The notes under the pieces: generated by a model
Databases searched by the model: none
What the model was told of the DNA's origin: nothing
Seen by the model: the letters and a program-made list of their open reading frames with translations, nothing else
DNA from: Tubiluchus corallicola
Lineage: Eukaryota; Animalia; Priapulida
DNA length: 64,000 nucleotides
Reading direction: 5' to 3'
Assembly (NCBI GenBank): GCA_030141605.1
Contig: JAQGDQ010000064.1
Location: 486,116-550,115 of the forward strand
Program-made: the position numbers and the translations under genes
Shown here: positions 1 through 11,127 of the stretch, piece by piece
Layout of the letters: each line of letters starts with the position of its first letter
Position numbering within the stretch: the stretch's first letter is position 1

Positions 1-329
1 ACATTTGATCTAAACTGGATTAAGGTACTCCGCAGCATATTGATTGCGATGTAGGTTGTGATACCACTGCCTTGAGGACTTTGAGGACATTTTTATTCCA
101 TTTATTATGCACCAAGGTAAACAGTTTTATCTCCACTGGGTGAAGCCTTACACTAGCATGAAATTGAAAAAACTGAGAGCACAGCCATGTGTTTGAGTAT
201 TCAATTTGATGAAGTTAACACATTATCACAAAAAAGAAGAATTATTCTTACTAACTTTCTAGCACTTTTAGTTGTTCTCATTTAATTAGCTTACCTGATG
301 CCTGATACCTTTGTCTTCGGGCTCTTCTT

Positions 330-720
330 TAAAGTCTAAACCACATTCTGCCCATACTTTATATCACTTCAAAGATAGGAGAATTTCATTTGCACAAAGT
401 TAGGTGACTTTTTACTGGTATTTATATGATGGCCTCCTGTTATAGCTCATCCCGTACGTTTATCATACCCTCAATGAAGAGTTTAGTTTCAAGTTCAGTT
501 TTCTTTTTTTAAAATAATTTTTGTGTGCCCTCGAGTTCTGGTGTATTACATAGCTTCCGTGAAGAAATTTTCTATAGCAATTTTGTCTATGTTGTTTGCT
601 ATGCGATGCACTTGTATCAGGTCTCCTCTGATTCCCTGTAGTTCAGGGATGGCCAATTTAGGAACTCCAATTTTGCTGTGTAGGGTAGATCTTTTGTATG
701 TCTTAATAGTTTTGATGTTC
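330..720 (-). mobile_element. Decayed CR1/L2-group LINE, 3' end of ORF2
   Basis: Minus strand reads RGDLIQVHRIANNIDKI...FF...TRTRGH, the typical C-terminal motif of CR1-group reverse transcriptases, with frame disruptions. Boundaries approximate. Confidence 0.6.
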
Positions 721-1631
721 TCCGCTAGCTTTTCACTTGCTGGACGTTAGCATTTTAATTGTCTAGTATTTATGTTAATTAACTTTGCGTTTTTGTCAAT
801 AGTTTTTGCCATGATGAATTGATGATACCAGAAATTGTTTCTTCGAAATAAACGTGAATCTAACTGAATTGCAATAAAACCGAACTGATTCAAATTGTAT
901 TTTCGCATTATTTTCAAATCGCGTAAAAAGCCGAAAAGATTTATTATAGAATTATCAAAGTGTGAAAATTTAAATTTCATCAATAATAATTATTGTATGT
1001 TGATAATTACTGTTTCAGAAAAATATCATATCAGAGGCAGAATCATTTACTTTGTTTCGAATTAACATTTTAAAATACTTTTTTATGCTGGCTGCCTGCG
1101 GCCGAGGACTTGATTCACTTGTTTTCGCGCCGTTAATTAATTATTTTTGTTAGCTATATACCTTTTTAAAAGGCTTAAGTTAAGTTTTTCTGGTTTATTC
1201 ATAATGACCATGCCTTTTGTTCCAGCAGAGCCGGACTTTACTCAGGAATTCATAGTCCAGACGACCCACAGTGGCTATGCTAATAATAATATTCTATCAG
1301 GCTGTATATTGTCATGCTGTTGTTGTTACACCACTACGTTGACCCACATAATTTCTCTAAATTTTATCACTTGTATGATCCAAGCATTGACTTACTAGTG
1401 TGCTCGTGTTTACTGAACATCCTTGTTCACTGCATGATTTCCAAACCCTTTTTTAGCTACCTCACGTTTCAACAGATGTTACGTCGCATCACTTTCCTTC
1501 AACAGTGGACACATCAAATCATCCTTTATTTTTATAATTACACTTTAGTTTTGTCATGTTTAATTTCCATTCAGTATTGTTATACCATACCATACTATAC
1601 CACTACTCTTAAAATATAAGAGTGGTAAAGG

Positions 1632-2590
1632 TTATTCGGGCAAGTTCATTGTAAGCCCATAATATTTCTTATCTAAGTATCTATCCAGCTTGTTCTTGAA
1701 ATTGTTCACTGAAGAGGCTTTAACAATTTCAGATGGGAGTAAATTCCACTCTCTAGCCACCCTTTCCATGAAAAAATATTTTCTACAATCCCATTTAGCT
1801 CTATGTTCACAAATTTTAAGAGAGTGCCCTCTGGCTCTGCCATCATTTGCCAGTGTAAACATTTTTTCTCTTTCAATTTCACCTAACCCATGCATAATCT
1901 TATATGCTTGTATCAAGTTTCCTCTATATAACTCCTCAACTCTAAGGTTGTAAGTGAGCATTTTCTAAGCTTTCCTTGATATTACATTTCCTCCATAGCT
2001 TCAGTCATGCTGGTCGTCCTACCCTGCACACCCTGCAAAGTTCAATGTCTTTTCTATTGTGTGGATTCCATGCTGGTATACAATGCTCTAATTTGGTCTT
2101 AGTAACTTTTGTACAATTTCATATTGTCGTAATGTCTCTGGATGCAAACTGTCTCTTTATTGTTCTTAATGCTTGATTAGCTTGCAGATTTCAAGTCTTC
2201 AGTTACTGTCACACCCAAGTCCTTTTCTTCTCTAATAGACGCCGACTCTGGTTCATTCATGTAACACACCTTATCAGGGTTGTTGATCCAAAGTACGTGA
2301 CCTTGCATTTATCAACATTAAAAGTCTGCCAATCCATGCTAATCCATTTCAGATGCATAACTGGTTTAAATCATTTTGCAGCTTACTAGCACCATGCTCA
2401 GATGGTACCTGCCTATAAATTTTTGTTTCATCGGCAAATTTGATCATGTTACTCTGCACAGATGCCTCAGCATCATTGATGAAAATTACAAAGAGCAGCA
2501 GACTGAGAACGGACTCCTGTGTAACACCACTCTTGACCTCTAGAAATGATGATGTGCACCCATAATTAACTACTCTGTTTTCTGTGTGCC
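1632..2590 (-). mobile_element. Decayed CR1/L2-group LINE reverse transcriptase fragment
   Basis: Minus-strand SGVTQESVLSLLLFVIFIND...KFADETKIY (RT core) and RGNLIQAYKIMHG...ARGHSLK...RKYFFMERVAREWNLLP...FKNKLD; frameshifted. Confidence 0.85.
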
Positions 2591-2614
2591 AAAACCTGCA
2601 TTTTTTTCTAACCT

Positions 2615-2945
2615 ACAGTATTTCCCGTTCTCCCGTTTCCAACAAACTTCTTTCATTTCTCCGAACCTCTCATGTCTATACCAACAATTTTCTCCACGAA
2701 AACAGTGTAGTCCAGGGCGGAAGCTTCAGGAAGTCCTAAAATAAGATATGCTAATATAAATAAATTATTTCACACATTTCAATCAAAAAAGTGTGAAATA
2801 TAATGTGCAGCACTAACAGACAACAACTATGATTTTGTGTGCGAGGGTAGTTTCGTGACTGTAAATAGCCTGAAGGAAGCTACCCGTCTCTGTGGGTGGA
2901 GACGTTTTGTCTGACGTATTGATCGCCAAAGATGGTGCCATCATC
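2615..2945 (+). promoter_or_regulatory. Candidate FoxM1 proximal promoter
   Basis: TTTCCCG (E2F-like), GGGCGGAAG and CAGGAAGT (GC-box/ETS), and AAGATGG (YY1-like) upstream of acceptors at 3031 and 3251. Confidence 0.4.
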
Positions 2946-3257
2946 GGAACTGTGGCCTAATTGGTTATATATATGTGGGAGGTGTGGTGTAGATTATTGT
3001 TCTGAGTTTATGTGCAAAATTCTTTTTGCAGGGTTTGGCTAATCGATGGTATATATTTATGTATATATATAAATCCAGAAACCACCAAAATTAATATATA
3101 GGATGTGATGATGGACCTCTGTGTTCTTCTGTGTACCTCTGTAGAAAGACTATTAAGTTTACCACTGTAAAAAATAGCAGTATTCCTATTGTTCCTATTT
3201 TTACAACAGTGTGCTAATACAGAAAATCATGTCCTGTCTTTTACTTAACAGATTACC

Positions 3258-6200
3258 ATGAATGATGTAGGAGTAGAAGCTGGCGTAGAAAATGGCAATT
3301 CTTTGCTTCAACAATCATTCCAATCAGCATTAACATGTGATAAAAGTAAAAATGCTGCAACTTACGTACAAGTGTTTTGTGATCATTCTGTTTTTAAAAA
3401 TGAACCACTGGATAGTAATGATGTAGAATATAAAGGAAGAAGAAAGTCTTGTTCTTTGTATCAGCCAGTTTATGATGTAGGTAACGCAGTAAATGCCCTC
3501 AACAATTTGAAGTCGAGAACAACTGAGACCGTGAAAGATGCTAATGTGCATGATGAACACAGGGAACATGTTTGTAGTTCGATACCTCAAGGTGACACTG
3601 TCAGTTAATGGAACATAACTTATGTATAGGTTTTTTTGATAAATATTAATGTTATACAACTCTATCATTTTAATGTTCGTATACTCCGTTTTCATGGTCA
3701 CTTGAACATATTTCAAGTGACATAAATATGTTTTTTCTTGAAATATTTTACCTCCGGAGTTTCACGGTGACACAATTTTTTGGGGGATTGGTAAGCTTGC
3801 ACGTCTAATAAATGTATCCAAAATTTAATATAATATTAATTAGCAAAAAGTTTGATTGTTTTTTAAAATATACTACTGATCAGTAATATATTAATTTTGA
3901 TCAGTTATGCCTGTAACCAGATAAAAACAAATTTGAATTCAAATTAATGTTTAATCTCTCATTGTTTCCAATTACTAGAGCTCTGGACTTTGTCTCTTGA
4001 TAATGTTCTCTTTTAATTTTCAGTCATTTCAAGTTTCACTAGTGACAGTTTGTTTAGCAAAGTTTGTGGCTCTGCTTTAACCAATAGTGATTTTACTGGT
4101 ATAAGCCACACTGCAAAGATGACTGCCATGCACTCACGAAATCTTCAGAACCCATTATCACTTCAGCGAATGAAAAGTGAAGGATTTACTTCAACAAGAT
4201 CATCTGAAGTGGATGCTAAGCCACCAAAAAGATTAGCCGCAAAACGGGTTCGCAAACTGTTATGCATCACAGTGTAAAACTAGTCACTAGGATAATAAAT
4301 TATCAAGCCTATGTCAGTATTTTCTAATTAAAATTATTTGCACCATTGCCTATAAATTATTGCTAAGATAATTTGAAATAAGAGATAACCGCTTTTTTCT
4401 TCAGCATAAGTAGAAAAGTTTGGGAATCAATAATTCTACTTATGCATGATTACATTAAATCATTTATAAGCTTAAAGTTGCATTTAAGAATGTCTAGGTA
4501 AGTTGTCTTGAGTAACTGCAACTTCATTACAAGCTTAATTTCCTTGCAAATCTGAAGAACTAACTTCATGTCATTTAAAAATTTTTTGTTTTTTTTGTTT
4601 GGTTTCTGATAGTTTTTAGAATGCAAACATACCGCCCTGTATAACGATTTACCTTTTCAAAATTTGTTTCAGACCTGTAACAGATTTTCAGTTTATAGGG
4701 TCAATTCATTTTACGATCACACAACATTCTTTTGTGAGTTTTGACAATTTTTTGTGTGTGTTTTGACATTTTTTGTGCATTTGTACAGAACGATAACCGA
4801 CCTCCATTTTCCTACATGCAGTTAATTAAGAAAGCATTAAATAGCTCACCAGATGGCAGAATGAGTCTCAAAGAAATTTATGCTTGGATAGAGAAGAACT
4901 TTCCTTATTACAAGACTTGTAAATCTGGATGGAAGGTGAGTCGTTTTATATTTATATTCTTTTCTTTTATTGAGTTGCAAAATTAATAGTGAAAACCACG
5001 ATAGATGTCCTGACAACTTTGTCAAGTTTGATAAGTAATCTGGATTATGTGTTGGTGTATTGTGATGCTGGATTGGTATCAGTTTTTTCGTCATTGCGGG
5101 AACGAAGCTTCGTCATTAAGCTCAACCACAACAATCAGCTTAGAACTATACCGAGTTTTTCAATTCCGTCTGACATATAGTTGTTAGTGGTTAGTTTTTA
5201 ATCACTAAAAGAGCCATATCTAATTTGCTTTTTCTATAGTGAAAATGTATCATTCTACCTTGTTTGTAAGGTGCAGTAGGCACCGCTTAATAGACTCACT
5301 TTGGGGTGGATGTAGTATTACTAGTAAGGAAGTTTGGATCATCAGCTTAGTACGCACTGAAAAGGCTCTTAATGAATTTTAGAAACGAAATAATGCCTAA
5401 ATTTGTGCTTAACTGACAAGCTACGTCGTGAATCCATCGCTTCTAAAACTCTCGTCCCTGTTTATTTTTCTGTAGCAAGCCTTTAGTATTTGAATGATGC
5501 CATGGTCACACGGTTGAATGAGCAATGTGGTGTTTGCTGGTAAAAACACAACTTTAATATGTTTAATAATGGTGCGTTGACTACATGGGTAGTGCTGTTG
5601 TCTACCAGTAAAATGTTGTTTCACTTTAAGCTCGCATCCCATTTCCCAAACAACAAGGTTAATTGCAGTAGATGTACGGGTCAAAGTAAAACCGCTAAGT
5701 TAGCATATTAGTGTATGATAAACATTCCTGCTTACAAACAAAATGGCACTTAACATGATTGTTTCTATTTGTATTAGAGCACAAAAGCAAACTAAAATGA
5801 CATAAAAGTCATAACAGCTTATTGGTCACACATAAGTGTCAGTATGTCTGAAGCAGGCATATTGAGTCATTTTGAGTTTATTGTCGACAGTTTATATATA
5901 CATTTCAATAGAAGCAGCCCTTAACAGGTGTTTTTGAGTAAATTAGGCAAATGATTCTATTAACCACTAGTCTAATAAACGGCACTTACTGTAATAGCAT
6001 ACTAGTGGAACATTATCATATCATATTTTCTTAGTTCTGCAACTCTGTTTTGCCCAGAAATCAAATATATTAATGATGTGTCAGATTTAAATTCATTCTT
6101 TTCAATTGAATTGTCTGGACATTGAGACAGCTAAATATGTACTAAAAATTAATATGCAATAGTCAAACTAACCTAGCAGAACAACTGACACACCTTTTTC

Positions 6201-8991
6201 TACATTGTGTCTCACTGTGGACATTTATTGTGTGGAATGGTACCATGATGGAATTACTGATGAACTAGTAACCTACTGTCATATATAAAATGGTGATTGT
6301 CAAAAAATTTTCAGAACTGACCAGTGATGGCTTGTAGTTAAAATTAGTGGAGGTGCTGCTTCAGCCTATGTTTTAATATTATGTAAAATGAAACAAACAT
6401 TTAAAAAGAAAATTTACTCAAAAAGAAACACTACTTTACTCTTGCATAACAGGGTCGGTACTGCGTGAGTGATAGTACTTTCTCTACCTAGCATGCAGCT
6501 TCTTACCTTGGACATGTGCACATGGCCACATGCGCACAACAGCTAAACACGGCGTCACTGGAACTGTATTTTTGTAATTTTTTTCATGAACTGGGGAATG
6601 GCTACTGACGTTAAGCTTAAGGATTATATAATATACAAATATAAAGAAAGAAGACTCGTTATATTGAATGGTTTCGATAATATAGAGTGAAAATAGGGGG
6701 TGCTGCAGTTCTGCAGTGCCTATAAACGAACCGCCACTGGTACTGGCTGTTGCTTGAATTTGTTTCGGATCATTTTAATGCTATAATTTACATCGTAAAT
6801 AGTTCAGTTCGTTAAGAATTATTCAAAATTTTCAGAACTCTATACGGCACAATCTATCTTTATATGATGTGTTTGAGCGAGAGAGTCCACTGTTTCCGTA
6901 CTCAGTCAGTGGTCCTTCACTGTGGAAGCTGAATCAAGAGCTTATTGCAGAACAGGAAAGAAAAACAAGTAATTATTATTATTAATCCAGTTGCTTATCT
7001 TCGCATTTCGTTTCTGTATTCTGAAAATTAATTTAATATTAGGCATAATTTTGTGTAACAGTAAAAGACCACATTGCATTCTATAATTTCTGTTATTTAA
7101 AAGTGCTCGCTGTTATAACTGATACTCCTAATGATGATCTGAGAATACATGCCTGTCCTAATAAATCATGCTTGATATGGACTGCCATGTACTTTTCAGG
7201 ACTTGCGGAAGCATTTTTGACTCGCGGTAAGAATCCGCTGATATTGCCGACTGTGCCCGCAAATAAACTACCGGTTAACTTTGTTCCCATTCCACTCATT
7301 GATGCAGACCTAGCAGCTATGACCGATAATAAAAGGTACAAGTTTTTCAACTCTTAAAATATATAATGTCTTTCTATCAAAAATGTTAAACTTCAACTTG
7401 CTCAGTGTGTAAGTTCAAAGGCGAAGTGCAAGCAGGTTATTTTTTTCAAACTATTTGTGAAATTGAAATTGAAGAGATTTGTTATTTACGTATCAAGTTA
7501 CGTAGGGCTTTTGTATCTTTGTACGTTTTGGGGGGAAAAGTATATTTGTTTTTCCGAATTTGCAGTGCTGCAATGCAAAGCTGTCTATTTGTTGTTATAA
7601 ATTTAATGTTTTTTACTTGTGATTTCTTTTGAACTGCACTGATACACAGATGTCTTTGTCATGCAAAAATAACCTGCTTTAGCTCCCAGTGTTTTTTCCT
7701 ATTTGATTTGAATAGTTTGAAAATATTAAAAAGTGTCTTGTTTAAAACGTCATCTTCAAGTGACAATCACTGCGTGTATATGCTCAAATCCTCTTAACAC
7801 TGATGTGATTAACTGTGATTTCTTTTTAATTCTTATCAAGTCTTAATGGGCTTTTTTTGCAAACATGATTTAATAATTGTCAAGTAACACATGTTTAACG
7901 TAATATAAACAATTTTTCAGTCTTGTTGCTGAATGTTGAATACAGTTGTTTGTGGTTTTTATTGTAGCTTTTATACGTTAATTTTTTATAATAAATTTTA
8001 ATTTGATCTAATCATTTGTGTATGCTTTTTAAGATTGCTCTTGCCAAAACCATCCTCGGGAACCCTACCGGTTCTAGACATTTCTTGCATTTCAACTGTT
8101 GCACCTGCATACTCAACCATGTCAACGATGCCTTCTACGCAAGCTGTAACTAAAAGGACCATGCAATCTCTAGGCAAACAAAAGAACATTCATTGTTTAG
8201 AAGCATTATCTAACTTTAAATGCGAGCGTGGCAATGAAGGTAATAGAGACGTCACAGGAAATTATTCTAACCATGCCGAATTGCAAAGCACTAAACCGGA
8301 AGACTTAATCCAGAAACGACCAAGAAAACAGACAACAACTTCAAAAATGGTAAAAAGGGTTGCGACACGGCCGAAAATTCTCAGAAGCAAAAAGCGCTTG
8401 AAAGTGGAAGAAGATGCCAATTTGCTGAATAGCAATGATAATGTGATTACTGGATTATTGAGCATCCCGGATTCTCCGAGTCTTCATTCTGATCCATTGC
8501 TAGGTGAAAGCATGCTGAGTTTTCTTGAAAATGGATTCCTGTCTCCCGAGAGGAAGTCCTCGACTTCAACCTCTTGTCCAATTGGTTCAGTAGCTCACTG
8601 CACATTGCAAGTGTCGTCCCCACTGGCAGACAAGAAAGTGGCTGTCCCATTAAAACCATCACTTGGATTGTCATGGGGGTCACCCATTCAGTCCATTCTC
8701 GGTAGTCAGACGGACAGTGGTTTCTTTAGTGACGAAAATTTGCCTCCAACTCCTAATCAACGTCGTGTGTCTGGTTACTGTGCCACTCCTTCAAAAAATG
8801 GCAAATGTTCCCCGGTGAAACAAACTACTATAGGTTCATTACGCGATTTTGGTCTTGCTGGCCTTACGCCCCTAAAACCCGATGATCAGCTAAATACTAG
8901 TCTAACATTAAACATTTCAGGAAATCAAAGCTTTTCTGAAGTTCTGTTAGATATGAACTTATCAGCTGTTGCACCACGCGGTGAAGCTTGA
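3258..8991 (+). CDS. FOXM1: Forkhead box M1-like transcription factor (~643 aa, 6 coding exons)
   Basis: Phase-consistent GT-AG exons 3258-3591, 4024-4247, 4789-4935, 6836-6968, 7200-7335 (alternative in-frame acceptor at 7104) and 8034-8991. Forkhead domain RPPFSYMQLIKKALNSSPDGRMSLKEIYAWIEKNFPYYKTCKSGWK|NSIRHNLSLYDVFERE. FoxM-type features: LSLxDxFxRE, LLLPKP after the domain, many S/T-P sites, and C-terminal NQSFSEVLLDM resembling FoxM1 NDSLSKILLDI. Confidence 0.85.
5274..5991. mobile_element. pogo/Tigger-family DNA transposon deletion derivative (copy A) in a FoxM1 intron
   Basis: Terminal inverted repeats CAGTAGGCACCGCTTAATAGACT / AGTCTAATAAACGGCACTTACTG with TA on the right flank. Internal minus-strand VVFLPANTTLLIQPCDHGIIQILKACYRK is a DDE_1 transposase motif. 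Shares ends with 20445-21422. Confidence 0.85.
6322..6739. mobile_element. hAT-like MITE (copy 1)
   Basis: Ends CAGTGATGG... / ...CCGCCACTG; degenerate 8-bp TSD GAACTGAC/GTACTGGC; collinear with 52372-52954. Confidence 0.7.
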
Positions 8992-10124
8992 GTGTTGGTC
9001 TTCCAGGTTTAATCCTGATAATATTATATAAACGCTAGTGACTAAATGCTGAAGTGCGTTTCTAAGAGTTAAAGAATGTAGCGCAAGTGAATTTGTAGGC
9101 AGCTTATATCATTGTGTACTTGGCAAGATCAGAGAATTTAGCTTTGTATAGAATTAAACGTTTATGTAATAACCGCAGTCTTTCATTTTCGGGTCGAACC
9201 CAAGTTGTACTATGATCAAAGTTAAAAGATGAGGCAAATACAGTGCACGCTTTGCAAGCAGCTTTAAATGTCGCATTTTTGGTCTGGCAATTTTGATATA
9301 GGTGATCTTACCAGTGTCCTCTAATGTTGCAGTGTTATTGTTTTGATTCTTAACAGATGGTTTCGATTAAATTTCTTCTGCTACACAACATTTGAAATAA
9401 TTTGACTCATTTTCTAAAATTTAGTCTCGTGTCATGCTTAAATAGCTAAGTTGTAACAAGCACAAATGTAGTTTATTAACCGAAATAAATATTTATATTA
9501 TTATCATACTTCAGTTCTCTTGCCTCTGTGTTAAATCTGTTACTAAGTAGGTAAAATTTATACCTAATGCCACTCCGTATTGTTACAAATTACTTGTATG
9601 TAAATTATTGTAATGTTGGCTTAGCTGGGTGGAAGTGCAACCTCTTAAGTACTAATAATGCTCATGGCAGCAGGAAATACAGACTACATGCTTGTCGATA
9701 TTTCCCATTGCCATAACTTTATTAGTTCTAGTACAATGCTATTTTGTGTGCAAGATGTTATTTGTATCAACCTAGAACTATGAAATGTTTTTTGCTTTTG
9801 GTTGTGAGCGGTATATTATAGTGGATAAATAACACAGCATCTGATTATCTGTGCTTTAGTGCTGGCATCTTAAATTTCATTTCAGTCACACTACTGTAAA
9901 GGGCACAAGACTTTACTGCAAAATTGCAAGTTAGCAAAATTGTTTTATAAATAGATGATAAATCACCATGGTATTACTACATTAATACTTTTCATACGTC
10001 TTAGCACTGTAAACTGGAAATCGGCACTAGAACAGTGTTTAGTGAAACGCTTTACCAACAAGAGGTGACAGCCAGGTTCAGATGTGAATGGCACAATGAA
10101 GTGTGAATCATTTCACAAGTGAAT

Positions 10125-10240
10125 GAACCCAGCAACAGCATATTTAACAGACGCTTACTCATCCATTCACTGACCAGCCTCAGTTGTTCATAACTTTGGT
10201 CAGTAAGTACACACTTACCACTCTGCTACACTCCTAACCA
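10125..10240 (-). mobile_element. Possible decayed tRNA/5S-hybrid SINE head
   Basis: Minus strand shows A-box-like TAGCAGAGTGGTAAG followed by AAGTTATGAAC...GGTCAGTGAATGGATGAGTAAGCG, resembling the 5S rRNA internal control region (AAGCTAAGCA...GGTTAGTACTTGGATGGGAGACCG). Heavily diverged. Confidence 0.35.
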
Positions 10241-10385
10241 CCAAAATTTGCCTTATGGTCTTTTTGCCATATGTTACAGAGACACGTGCATGATAAAACA
10301 TTAATCTTACTTTTTTTGGAAGGAAGAAATTACTTTTTGGTTTTTTTATTATGCTATTCCGATGTATGTGTCCAGTTTGCAATTA

Positions 10386-10559
10386 CAGTGAAACTTCTTT
10401 ATACTGCCTGCTTTGGGACTGCAAAAAGTTTGCATTAAGCTAGTTTGGCATTATGATAAGGTGCATTAATGCACACATATCTATGGAAAGTCATGTATAG
10501 ACATTGTTTTGCCAAAAATTGAACGTTAAGCGAGGTTAGTATTACAATGAGGTTGACTG
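10386..10559. mobile_element. Small Tc1/pogo-type MITE remnant
   Basis: TA-CAGTGAAACTTC ... GAGGTTGACTG-TA: imperfect TIRs starting with CAGT and TA flanks. Confidence 0.45.
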
Positions 10560-11127
10560 TATTTCTCTCGTTTTGTCTTGCGTCTCATATTATCAGAACT
10601 ATTAACATTTTTAAGATATTCTATTCATAACGAACACTGGCTTTGCAGACAATTTTCAGCATTATGGTGTTTGTTATTTTGTTACCGTACTTTGAAATGC
10701 TTTTTAAGTGGTTCTTTTCTTTTGTTAATTTTATAACATTAATAAAACGATTTTGGTAAAGGTATTACCAGGCATAGTAATATAAATGTTTTCTATGTGC
10801 AACCCTAAGGTCTAAAATATATTACATATACTAAAACTAATTAGGAACGAAATTTAAACGAATCCTTAAATTACCAGTCAGCCGAGTCCAACTAATTAAC
10901 GGCCACATTTGTCAGCAGGGAATCTCAAACTTAAGTGGTCATGATTTTTAGCATTGTAGTACACCGTGCTGTCCTATCTGTCATAATAAAGTTTTGTAAA
11001 GAACAGACAATACAAATGTCAGTAAGACGATAATTCATAATATAATGATAGTAGCAATATTTATTGTCATATTATTATAATTTAAGCATTTACTGTTGAG
11101 TAAAACAAAAAATTCAAATTTACACAA

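Noticed and set aside
1-294. Minus-strand exon pair (donor-like site at ~294, acceptor-like site at ~152) of a neighbouring gene
   Set aside because: No recognisable protein in any frame, and the upstream part overlaps LINE-derived sequence; cannot be supported without the adjacent window.
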